A stretch of 40,192 nt of DNA from a virus. Its lineage: Duplodnaviria; Caudoviricetes. The translations under genes were made by a program, and so were the position numbers. The stretch is taken from the IMG/VR virus record IMGVR_UViG_3300043579_000144, positions 1-40,192 of that record. One strand, given 5' to 3'. Of the stretch, positions 8,095-16,571 are shown one piece after another. Position 1 is the first letter of the stretch; each line of letters opens with the position of its first letter. The notes beneath the pieces are model-generated. The model was not told the origin of the DNA. It did no database searches and worked only from the letters and a program-made list of their open reading frames with translations.

Positions 8095-8498
8095 GCACTA
8101 CCTCCGTCACGGCTGGCGGTGGATTCGATGGCCTGGACGCGCCGCTGTACGTCCGCAGCCACAGTGTTCACCTGGTGTATGTCTCGCTCGATGGAGCGCA
8201 ACCATGAGTCCATGCGCCCCTCCAGCAACGCACACTCACGCCGTGGCATGAATGCGGTTTCTTGACCGCCCAGGCCCAGGAAGCGTTCAAACTTCTCCAT
8301 CCTGTCCACCGCGGCCTGGTACCGTTCGTCATTGCGCAGGTCCTGCGCCTCAGCGCGCTCCTGTGTCTTTTCAGCTTCAGCTTTCACCTGGACCTCCAGG
8401 CGCGCCACGCTCACGCGCACCGCCACCCAGGCAATCAGGCCCACCACCGCGGCCGAAAGCACAGGCCCCCCAATCGTCAGCTCAGCGGGTGCATTCAC
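8091..8498 (-). CDS. Membrane-anchored coiled-coil lysis-cassette protein
   Basis: Single N-terminal TM helix followed by a coiled coil; between the amidase and the holin. Confidence 0.6.
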   Translation of the reverse strand: MNAPAELTIGGPVLSAAVVGLIAWVAVRVSVARLEVQVKAEAEKTQERAEAQDLRNDERYQAAVDRMEKFERFLGLGGQETAFMPRRECALLEGRMDSWLRSIERDIHQVNTVAADVQRRVQAIESTASRDGGSA

Positions 8499-8950
8499 CT
8501 CACCAGCCTCCGCAGCTGCTCCAGGTCGAACAGCGTACCGGGGCAGCTCTTGTAGGGTGCGAAGTCATGATGACCCACGATGGACTCAGCTGGGATTCCC
8601 CAGGTGCGCATCCAGGGAATGACCACCCGGTGCGCGGCCACCTGTAGCATGTCCTCCGATGGCGCGGCCAGGTCGAAGTTGCCCACCAGGCACAGGTGGA
8701 GGCCCTGAACATTCATGCCTCCCTCCTTGACCGCAGCCGCCGGCTCATCGGCCGGCCGGCCCAGGAGCGCCTGGTACGCGTATGCGCGGCCCAGCTTCGC
8801 CGGGTCCCCCACCAGCTCCACGAAAGCGTGGTAACCCACGTCACGCCAGCCCTGCACCTCCATGTGGTAACGCTGGATGGCCGCCGCGGACACGGTGCCG
8901 CTGTCCTCGGTCAGGCTGTGGTGGATGACGATGTGAGTTTTGTGAATCAT
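8495..8950 (-). CDS. Endolysin, N-acetylmuramoyl-L-alanine amidase (Amidase_2/PGRP-like), catalytic domain only
   Basis: IVIHHS, IQRYH..GWRDVGYH, LCLVGNFD and GHHD..KSCPG motifs. Confidence 0.9.
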   Translation of the reverse strand: MIHKTHIVIHHSLTEDSGTVSAAAIQRYHMEVQGWRDVGYHAFVELVGDPAKLGRAYAYQALLGRPADEPAAAVKEGGMNVQGLHLCLVGNFDLAAPSEDMLQVAAHRVVIPWMRTWGIPAESIVGHHDFAPYKSCPGTLFDLEQLRRLVR

Positions 8951-9720
8951 CAGGCCCTCCTGGCCAGGTTGAACCGCAGCGTTTCCATGACCTGGAGCCG
9001 GACCTGCGCCTCCAGGTGCGTGTAAATCACACGCCTCATGGTTTCGTGAAACTTCAGCACCGGCCGCAGCTTCACGTTTTGCGCGAACGAGTACACCAGG
9101 CGGATGTCCCCCTTGCCTGGCCCCACGCGCTGGTACACGCCGCCCTCCGGCGCCCTGGATGTGGACTGGAGCACGAACGTGCGGCTGGTGCCCTTCCACT
9201 GGATGGCGCCGCCCTTGCGCCGGCTGGCGCGCAGGTTCACGTCCTTCCGCTCATGCTTGGCGCGCCCGGACTTCCCCCGAATCACGATGCCGGCGCGCAC
9301 CTTCGTCAGGCGCATGGCGCGGAACGTGAACGGCTCCGTGACTCCGGCACGCTTGGACGGTCGCGCCGGCCCGCCCGTGATGGGCACCGCCACGCGCCGG
9401 CCCTTGAACGGCAGCCGCCGGCCTCCGGACTCGTACTCACTCAGCAGCAGCCGCGTGGGCTCGCCCACGTACACGCGAGCCTGGAGCCGGCCCTGGGCAC
9501 CCGATGCAAACGGCTTGATGATGGCCGCCTGGCGCATCAGGAAATCAGGTTTGCGCAGCGTGAACGTCCTGGGCAGGCCCTCGCGCACCGCGGCCTGTCC
9601 CAGCTTCGCGGTGTTATTGAGCGCGTTGGCCAGCGCGTATGACCGCCGTTTCTGACTGTTTTTCAGGACAGCCAGGGGCAGCGTCAGGTCGGAGCTGACG
9701 GTGAAGTGTTCGATGGCCAC
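8950..9720 (-). CDS. gpZ-like minor tail / tail-completion protein
   Basis: Basic protein with ALANALNNTAK, KPFA..RLQARV and GVYQR..IRLVYSF motifs typical of lambda Z-like neck proteins. Confidence 0.65.
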   Translation of the reverse strand: MAIEHFTVSSDLTLPLAVLKNSQKRRSYALANALNNTAKLGQAAVREGLPRTFTLRKPDFLMRQAAIIKPFASGAQGRLQARVYVGEPTRLLLSEYESGGRRLPFKGRRVAVPITGGPARPSKRAGVTEPFTFRAMRLTKVRAGIVIRGKSGRAKHERKDVNLRASRRKGGAIQWKGTSRTFVLQSTSRAPEGGVYQRVGPGKGDIRLVYSFAQNVKLRPVLKFHETMRRVIYTHLEAQVRLQVMETLRFNLARRA

Positions 9721-10055
9721 TAGGGCAGGATGGCCGCGTAATCCCACTGGAAGCGTGGGGTGTAGTCCACCAGCGTGGCGCCGTCCTCCCACTTCACGCG
9801 GAACGTGAACGTGGCGCGGTCCAGCGCCGCCAGGTCACCGGTGGTGATGTAGTCCCCGATGCCCACCCAGGTCACCACTCCGTTCGTCGGGTCCGTGAGC
9901 GTTCCCGCCTCGGTGATGGTCACGCCCGGCAGGTCCTCGGAGTTGCCCAGCAGCGTGAACGTCCCGCCGGTGATGTCCACCGGCTGGTTGAACTCATCCA
10001 CCACGTCCAGGACGAAATCCTTACCGGTCGCACCAACCACCACTTCGTCAGCCAT
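9720..10055 (-). CDS. BppU-like baseplate upper / tail Ig-like protein
   Basis: PVDITGGTFTL..LTDPTNGVVTW..DL..FRVKWEDG...TP pattern. Confidence 0.6.
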   Translation of the reverse strand: MADEVVVGATGKDFVLDVVDEFNQPVDITGGTFTLLGNSEDLPGVTITEAGTLTDPTNGVVTWVGIGDYITTGDLAALDRATFTFRVKWEDGATLVDYTPRFQWDYAAILP

Positions 10056-10056
10056 G

Positions 10057-11487
10057 TCACTCCCCTCCGAACTTGAAGCGCCGCCTGATGGTTCCGATTT
10101 TGCCCACACCCTTCAGGTTGGGGAACTTCTCCCCGTCCTTCAGCGTCGGGAAGTCAAACCGCAGTTTCGGCTGGGGGAACGTCATACGCTTGCCAATGCC
10201 GTCATGGTCAGGCCCCAGCGTACCGTACACCTCCACCCACAGCTCCGCGCAGCGCACGTCAGAGTAATCCGTGAGCGCGGGGTAATCGTGGCCGATGCCA
10301 ATGCTGGTGAGCGCGATGACGTCAGCCGGGGTCCAGGCTCCGCCTCCCGGCTTGGTTTCGATGTCCGCGGACTGCGCCAGGAAATACGGGTCCAGCGCCG
10401 TCAGCGTCTCGGGGTCAATCCCATCATCCGAACGCTTCCACACCGTGGTGACGGAAGCATGGACCAGGGCTGGAGTGGTGGCCGGCGTGCCGCCCAGGGT
10501 GTAGAAGAATCGGCGATTTGCCGGCGGTGTCGGGTTCAGGTTGTCCACCTGCAACACGTACGCCATGAACTTGATGTGATGGATGCTGGACCAGGTGGCC
10601 AGCTCTCCGTCAGCAGGAGCCGTCAGGCTGGGCGCCGTAACCTTCACGGTGCCGCCGGCCGGATTCGCCACCGGACCGATGGGCGCTACAGCGTCAGCCG
10701 TCCCGGTAAGCGCGTTCCCGTCTCCCAGGCTGGCGTGATTGACGCGCAGCACGCGCCGTTCATAGCTGGTGACGGCCTGCGGGTCACGCGGTGCGGACTG
10801 GAAAAACAGCAGGGACGAATCCAGGGACGCCACCGCGGCCAGGATGCCCACGGACTCCACCAGGCTGGTCACCACGCCAGGCACCGGCGTGGGAGCACCC
10901 ACGCCCATGACGATGCCCACGGATGCCGGGGTGCTTTCCTGGTCCGCGGGCGGTCCCCACAGCTCCAGGGAGAACTCCGACAGATACGCCTGGGGGTCAC
11001 CGAACGGACTATCGGTGGACGCATCCAGGCGAGCGCCCCAGCTCTGCGCGTTCACCTTCGCGTTCGTCCAGGCCGCGGAATCCGCGGGGTCAGTGGCGAA
11101 GTCCTGGGAATAATCCGCGAAGGATGTGGTGATTGCGATTTGTGACCCGCGGTTGGTGGCATTGATGCGAGGCTGGTACGCCTTGACCACGATGGCGCCG
11201 CCGCCCACGTGTGCGTACTTGGCGCGGAACTTCATGCGCACGAACGAAACGGTGCCGGACACGGCGGCGGTGTCCACCGCCCCGTCCAGGTACCAGGTGC
11301 CGCTGCCGTTCACCGTGTCGAAGTCGCCGGAACAGTCCATGACCGCGGCCGTGCCGTCATTCGCGTCATGCGATTGCGCGGCGCTTCCGAAGTTGGAATG
11401 CGACTCCCCGCCCGTCCCGTTGTTATCAAAAGCGGTCAGGGTGGGGACTGCGCTCCAGTACAGTGTCTGCTTCAGGACGTCCGACAT
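10057..11487 (-). CDS. Tail fibre / receptor-binding-like structural protein
   Basis: 476 aa, rich in Thr/Ala/Ser/Gly, with two related beta domains (TDPADSAAWT..VN / TKPGGGAWT..DV); in the tail module. Confidence 0.6.
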   Translation of the reverse strand: MSDVLKQTLYWSAVPTLTAFDNNGTGGESHSNFGSAAQSHDANDGTAAVMDCSGDFDTVNGSGTWYLDGAVDTAAVSGTVSFVRMKFRAKYAHVGGGAIVVKAYQPRINATNRGSQIAITTSFADYSQDFATDPADSAAWTNAKVNAQSWGARLDASTDSPFGDPQAYLSEFSLELWGPPADQESTPASVGIVMGVGAPTPVPGVVTSLVESVGILAAVASLDSSLLFFQSAPRDPQAVTSYERRVLRVNHASLGDGNALTGTADAVAPIGPVANPAGGTVKVTAPSLTAPADGELATWSSIHHIKFMAYVLQVDNLNPTPPANRRFFYTLGGTPATTPALVHASVTTVWKRSDDGIDPETLTALDPYFLAQSADIETKPGGGAWTPADVIALTSIGIGHDYPALTDYSDVRCAELWVEVYGTLGPDHDGIGKRMTFPQPKLRFDFPTLKDGEKFPNLKGVGKIGTIRRRFKFGGE

Positions 11488-11499
11488 GGGCGGCTCCGC

Positions 11500-11979
11500 T
11501 TAGGAGGTGGGCACCGAATAGTTGAACTGCCCGTGTTCCGTCGCTTGGAGGTACGCATCGTCCGAGTACGTCACCTCAGCGTCCACGGTGACGCCGGTGA
11601 TGTCGTTTGCGGGACTCGCGCCCGCGTTCGGGGTGAGCTGGAGAAAAGCGAAATCGTGCGGAATCCCCACGTAGCCCACCGGCGTGCCGATGCACACGGA
11701 GTTTCCGCCCAGCGTCTGGTCAGCGCGGATGCCGATGTTCCCAGCCACCGTGGGGTATCCGGTCGCACCGTACGCGTGGGCGCGGAGGTTGTGATTGCCC
11801 ATCAGGATGGCCCACACGGCCGGCGTGATGCCGTTGGTGGAGCGGATGCGGAAGGACACATAGGACGCATTCCGGCACGGGACGCCGTTGGTGGTGCGCA
11901 TCGCGGAGGCCCCCGCCAGCGTCTGCGGTCCCACCACGCCACTCAGTGCAATGTTCGGATACGTTACGGTGCGCGGCAT
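11500..11979 (-). CDS. Hypothetical virion protein
   Basis: GGAGG RBS, beta-rich composition, tail module context. Confidence 0.6.
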   Translation of the reverse strand: MPRTVTYPNIALSGVVGPQTLAGASAMRTTNGVPCRNASYVSFRIRSTNGITPAVWAILMGNHNLRAHAYGATGYPTVAGNIGIRADQTLGGNSVCIGTPVGYVGIPHDFAFLQLTPNAGASPANDITGVTVDAEVTYSDDAYLQATEHGQFNYSVPTS

Positions 11980-11997
11980 TGTGTTGCCCTCCAGGTA

Positions 11998-12447
11998 CTA
12001 GGTGAGGTTGAGAACGCCGTCCGCCGGCCAGGTCACGTCATAGTCCCCGCCGTTCGTCGTCACGTCCGGGCTGATGTCCACGATGGCCAGGAGCGGTGAG
12101 TCCGCATCGGACGTGACCTCCTGGATGATGGCGATGTACGCCACCGTGCCGGCATTGATGGCCGGCCAGGTCAGGTCATCCGCGTCCAGGTACACCTTGT
12201 CCGCCGAATCGTCCTTGACCACGGTGGGGGTGGTGAGTGTCTTGCGCCCAGCGCCACCGAAGCCGGCGGTGTAGCCGGTGCCGCTCAGCTCCTTGCTGGT
12301 GCCGCCGGTGATGGAGGTGACAAAATCGTGGTCCTTGTCCGGGGTGTAACTGCCGGTGACCAGCATGGCCTTGAGCACCACCGTGTCCAGGTCCAGCAGT
12401 CCCAGCGCCAGCAGCTGCCGGCATTTGTTCGTGGTGCTTGATGCCAT
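11998..12447 (-). CDS. Minor tail protein
   Basis: LDLDTVVLKAMLVTGSYTPD..HDF..ELSGTGYTAG..DADDLTW..PLLAIVD..TNGGD..VTW..GV is a widespread phage tail family pattern. Confidence 0.75.
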   Translation of the reverse strand: MASSTTNKCRQLLALGLLDLDTVVLKAMLVTGSYTPDKDHDFVTSITGGTSKELSGTGYTAGFGGAGRKTLTTPTVVKDDSADKVYLDADDLTWPAINAGTVAYIAIIQEVTSDADSPLLAIVDISPDVTTNGGDYDVTWPADGVLNLT

Positions 12448-12456
12448 GTGACCCTC

Positions 12457-15400
12457 CTAGATTGCGACAGCCAGGACTTCGGTGTGTGTGTCAGGGATTG
12501 CGTGCTGGACCAGCTCCACCGCAACGAACCGCTTTCCCTCCCAGGACCCATCATCGCCGGCCCTGGGGTACACCATCATCGTATCCCACTCGCCGGAGGT
12601 GGTGAACACGTCACCGCGCCGCAGGTCCGCGAGCGTGCCGGACATGAACCGGATGACCAGGGGCGGTGTGTCGCCGGTCAGGTCCGCCACGCGGTTGCGC
12701 AGCTCCATGGCCGTTTCGGAGTCCTGGATGGCGCGGCCTTCAATCGTCGTCTCGCGCTTCGTGCCGTAGCGGCTCGCGGTCAGGGCAAGTATTTGCTCGC
12801 GGTTGAACTTGGGACACAGCGCCTGGTGTGAGTTGGCGCTGGCGCTGTCATGGTTTTGGTCAAAGCCCAGCAGCTCCGCCGCACACTTGAGGCCCGTGGC
12901 GCCCTTGAGGCCGTTGGTGCCCGTCTCCCACAGGAACGCGATGCCAGGGAACGTGGAGGCCGCGCCGCTGTTCGTGATAAGCAGCAGCTGCTCCTCCACA
13001 GCGTAGTCCGCCACGTGCGAGGTGGCCCCGGAGTAAGAAAGCGGCTTGTACCCGAAGGACGCGGCAGCGTTATTGGACAGCACCTCCGTGGGTGATGTCA
13101 TGTTGAACTGCACCTGGCAGTTTACGCCCGTCTTTCCGAATGTGAACTTGCGCGTGGCGCGGCTGTACGTGACGAACCAGCGCGAGTCCCCCGTCTGGTT
13201 GCGCAGCTCCGTCTGCGTGGCCGCGGCCTGCTCCTCCAGTGTCTGGTAGAAACCAGGCGGCAGCGTCACCTGGACCAGGACGGCGCTGGTGTTGTCCGCC
13301 ATGAATCGGTTGAACGCGCTGGCGTGAACGTACCCGCCCCAGGCGCAGGACCACCCCACACCATGCAGCCTGGTGCCAGGTATCGGGGTCAGCACGGACT
13401 TCAGCGCGCTCAACACACCATCGTATCCGGACGCGCCGGCCGTCAGCGTGACGGTGGTGATGACGCCCGCGGAGGAGCGCACGTCCAGCTTGTCATTCTC
13501 GCCGGCTCGCACCAGCAGGTCCTGGTCCCGGATGTTGTAGTACCAGTGGCCGGCGCTGGACCTGGCGGTGCTCACGTTCGTCTCCGCCATGTAGTTTTTG
13601 CTCTCCACGTCCCACGCGTACGGGATGCGCACGCCGCTGGCCACCGTGGAGTCCTCCAGGGATTCCACGCGCAGTCCGTCCACCGGGTCCAGGATGTCAT
13701 CCAGGTTGAGCGTGCGCCCGTACGTGTCAGCGCGGCCGCGGCGCCAGGGAATGAACCTCCAAACGTCCTCCACCTCGCACAGGTAGCACCAGGACAGCCC
13801 ACCGGACGCAATCCAGGACAGCGCGGTGGTGACGTCCACCTGGTCCCCGATGGACAGCGCCAGCTTCATGTCCTTTTGATGCCAGGTGCGCAGCTCCTGC
13901 CGGACGCCATTGAAGTCACCCAGGCCGGACGTGCAGATGGCCGCGGGTGACTCGCCCGCATACGTGGTCAGGATGTGCCTGGCGATGTCGGGTGGCCGTT
14001 CGATGAGCGCGGCGGCCACGCCCGTGTTCGTGCCGCTCCCATCGTCCGCGTACCCCAGCACGTTCGCGTAGAAACTCCCGCGCAGCTCCGTGACCGGCGG
14101 GATGGTTTCCACCTTCTCGTACGGGAACGCGATGGTGCGGCCGCGGGCTCCTGGGATGTCGCGCCTGGTATTCAGCGGGCGCGTTTCAATCGTGCTGACG
14201 GTGCGCACGGATTCCAGGACCTCCTGGGTGGGCTCGTACTCCACCACCACGCCCATGGCGATGACGTACACCTGGCCGGCCGGCGTGCCGCCGCCGCTGA
14301 AGTCCACTTGCAGGTCACGGCTGGAGAAATCCCAGGGCTCCGCCGGCAACATGCCGGTGCCCCAGCCGTTGTTCCCGCCCAGGTCAATCACGTCCCAGGT
14401 GGGTGTGGTGGACGCCACCAGGGTGATGGCCGTGGCGCCCACGCCGAACTGCGCGAACTGGAACCTGGCGGAGGTGAGCACGGCGCTGCTGAAATAGAGG
14501 ATGTACGCGTACGCGTTCGTCATGCGGCCCAGGTTCGGCTTCGCCTCCAGCTTCGCGTACAGGAACCGCTTGGAGGCCGCATAATCCAGCTTCGCGTATC
14601 GGCCTTCGTTGCGGCGGTCCAGGATGTTGCGCGGGTCCTCCGCGAAGTTGGCAGCCAGGCGGATTTCCGAAGGGAACACGGGCGCGTACGCCCAGCCCTG
14701 GCCGTCCGGGAGGTTGAAGCCGGCTCCGTCCGCCGCGTTGAAGATGTTGGCGGGCTCAGGGTCCACCACGTGCAGCGCATCGTCCTGGGTGGACTTGAGG
14801 AAAAAGGCGGTTCCGAACGGCCCGGTGAGCGCGTTGAGGATGCCCAGCTGCTTCACCTGGTGCGATGCCACCAGGACCTTCGCGGGTGTGAGCGCCGCAT
14901 TGCTTTGCCGTCCGGTGTCCACCAGGATGCCGTGCGCCACGCGGTCACCGCCGGAAATGAACTCCCGGATGCTGTGCGAAACGGGGTATTTCGTGGCGTA
15001 CGGCACGCGCAGCGGCAGGCTGGAAAAGTCCCCGTAGATGATGGGCACCGTGGCGCCGATGGAGTTATCCGGCGCTCCAGGGTACTTGCCGCGGGTGATG
15101 ACCAGGGGCGCCACCGGCTTGTTGTAGTCCCGGCGCTGAAGGCAATGCAGCACCAGCTTGCCGTTCGTCAGCTCCCAGGTTTGAACCACGCCGCGGAATC
15201 GCCGGTAGCCGCTGGTGGTCACGCTCAAACCATCCGCGGACAACCACAGCTCCACCGTGGCGCCCACCATGCGGTGCGTCACCAGCAGGTTGGACAGGCG
15301 CGCACCGGCCAGGGAGGAAAGCGGCACGTTCAGGAGCGTCACGCGCATGGACGCAGGCGACACGTCCGCGGTGAGCCAGGCGCCAGGCGACGTCACCACG

Positions 15401-15570
15401 CAATCCGTCACCACCGGGTCATAGTTGGTTCCGTCATTGATGACGGGACGCCCGGACACGTACAGCGTGATTGGGCTGGGGTCCGTGAGCGTGACCTGGA
15501 CCAGGGATTGGCGTGAGTCAGCGGTGTGCATGTACCACCGCTGCTGCATCGCATACGCCATGGTGGTCAC
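12457..15570 (-). CDS. Tail tip / baseplate hub (central fibre-like) protein
   Basis: 1037 aa, two genes after the tape measure; PIIYGD motif, LIERPPDIARHIL and C-terminal DLRRGDVF. Confidence 0.7.
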   Translation of the reverse strand: MTTMAYAMQQRWYMHTADSRQSLVQVTLTDPSPITLYVSGRPVINDGTNYDPVVTDCVVTSPGAWLTADVSPASMRVTLLNVPLSSLAGARLSNLLVTHRMVGATVELWLSADGLSVTTSGYRRFRGVVQTWELTNGKLVLHCLQRRDYNKPVAPLVITRGKYPGAPDNSIGATVPIIYGDFSSLPLRVPYATKYPVSHSIREFISGGDRVAHGILVDTGRQSNAALTPAKVLVASHQVKQLGILNALTGPFGTAFFLKSTQDDALHVVDPEPANIFNAADGAGFNLPDGQGWAYAPVFPSEIRLAANFAEDPRNILDRRNEGRYAKLDYAASKRFLYAKLEAKPNLGRMTNAYAYILYFSSAVLTSARFQFAQFGVGATAITLVASTTPTWDVIDLGGNNGWGTGMLPAEPWDFSSRDLQVDFSGGGTPAGQVYVIAMGVVVEYEPTQEVLESVRTVSTIETRPLNTRRDIPGARGRTIAFPYEKVETIPPVTELRGSFYANVLGYADDGSGTNTGVAAALIERPPDIARHILTTYAGESPAAICTSGLGDFNGVRQELRTWHQKDMKLALSIGDQVDVTTALSWIASGGLSWCYLCEVEDVWRFIPWRRGRADTYGRTLNLDDILDPVDGLRVESLEDSTVASGVRIPYAWDVESKNYMAETNVSTARSSAGHWYYNIRDQDLLVRAGENDKLDVRSSAGVITTVTLTAGASGYDGVLSALKSVLTPIPGTRLHGVGWSCAWGGYVHASAFNRFMADNTSAVLVQVTLPPGFYQTLEEQAAATQTELRNQTGDSRWFVTYSRATRKFTFGKTGVNCQVQFNMTSPTEVLSNNAAASFGYKPLSYSGATSHVADYAVEEQLLLITNSGAASTFPGIAFLWETGTNGLKGATGLKCAAELLGFDQNHDSASANSHQALCPKFNREQILALTASRYGTKRETTIEGRAIQDSETAMELRNRVADLTGDTPPLVIRFMSGTLADLRRGDVFTTSGEWDTMMVYPRAGDDGSWEGKRFVAVELVQHAIPDTHTEVLAVAI

Positions 15571-16571
15571 GGCATCACGTCCAGGTTGAGCGCGATGTCA
15601 TACAGGTCCGGATTTCCCCAGCGGTTCACGGTCACCAGGTCACGCGGCTGCACCTGGTACGCCACATCCCATCCGGTCAGGATGACGGGCGGCCCGTACA
15701 GGTCCTGGCGCATGTCATACAGGTCCTCCACCGCGTCCAGCTTGGCCTGGTTCACAGCGTTCAGCTGGATGTTCAGCTCACGCCGGTCAATGCCGTACCG
15801 GACAGCGTGCTGATTGCCGCCAGCCGTCAGGAGCTGATTGATGGCCGGGATGCGGCGCTCCGTGGACCCAGGGCTCCACACGATGCCCAGGTCATTGTTC
15901 GCCGGCACGGTGACCAGGCGGCCCAGGAAAAAGTTGCCCAGGCTGAAGGGATTGAACACGGCGCTGAAAATAAAACGCCAGTAGCGCCGCGTGGAGCGCA
16001 CGATGGGATACGCGCAGTCATGCCGGACGCTGAAGCTGCCCACGTCATTCTTGTCCGTGAACGTGAACGTGGCGCTGGCCTGGGTGGAAAGCGCGTTGTT
16101 CGACACCGTGACCACGCCAGTGGCCACCGCCAGCACCGTTGTGTTGGCAGGGAAGATGCCGGACGGGACCTGGCCCACGATGGTCTGGCCAATCTTCACG
16201 CCCGCGCCCGCGAAGCTGAAGGACGTGCGCTTGATTTGGTTGGGGTTGACGGACGTGGAGGTGGTGCACGTGGCCACCACCGGGTCCGGGAAGGTCACAT
16301 AGTTTTCGACAATGAACGAGGTGGGGTTTGCGAACTCGGACCCATAACGGAAGTTGAGGAGGCCCAGGTAGTCCACCGCCTGGTTGGTGCCCAGGTCCAG
16401 CATCGGCGACTCATCGCCCAGGGAGCCGGGACATTGCCAAACCGCGTACCGGTCGGGGCTCAGCAGGTTCAGCGCCGGCCCGCTCGGACTCTCATTCGGG
16501 GTGAACTCCAGCGTGGCGGTTGGGCTCAGGCTGTAGTTGTGCGTGAACAGCTTGGTGGTCCCGGTGGGCAT
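15567..16571 (-). CDS. Distal tail (Dit-like) protein with inserted small beta domain
   Basis: Immediately after the tape measure; RRYWRF..LGNFFLG motif; insert GVKIGQTIVG..GIFPANTTVLAV..VTVSNNA. Confidence 0.6.
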   Translation of the reverse strand: MPTGTTKLFTHNYSLSPTATLEFTPNESPSGPALNLLSPDRYAVWQCPGSLGDESPMLDLGTNQAVDYLGLLNFRYGSEFANPTSFIVENYVTFPDPVVATCTTSTSVNPNQIKRTSFSFAGAGVKIGQTIVGQVPSGIFPANTTVLAVATGVVTVSNNALSTQASATFTFTDKNDVGSFSVRHDCAYPIVRSTRRYWRFIFSAVFNPFSLGNFFLGRLVTVPANNDLGIVWSPGSTERRIPAINQLLTAGGNQHAVRYGIDRRELNIQLNAVNQAKLDAVEDLYDMRQDLYGPPVILTGWDVAYQVQPRDLVTVNRWGNPDLYDIALNLDVMP

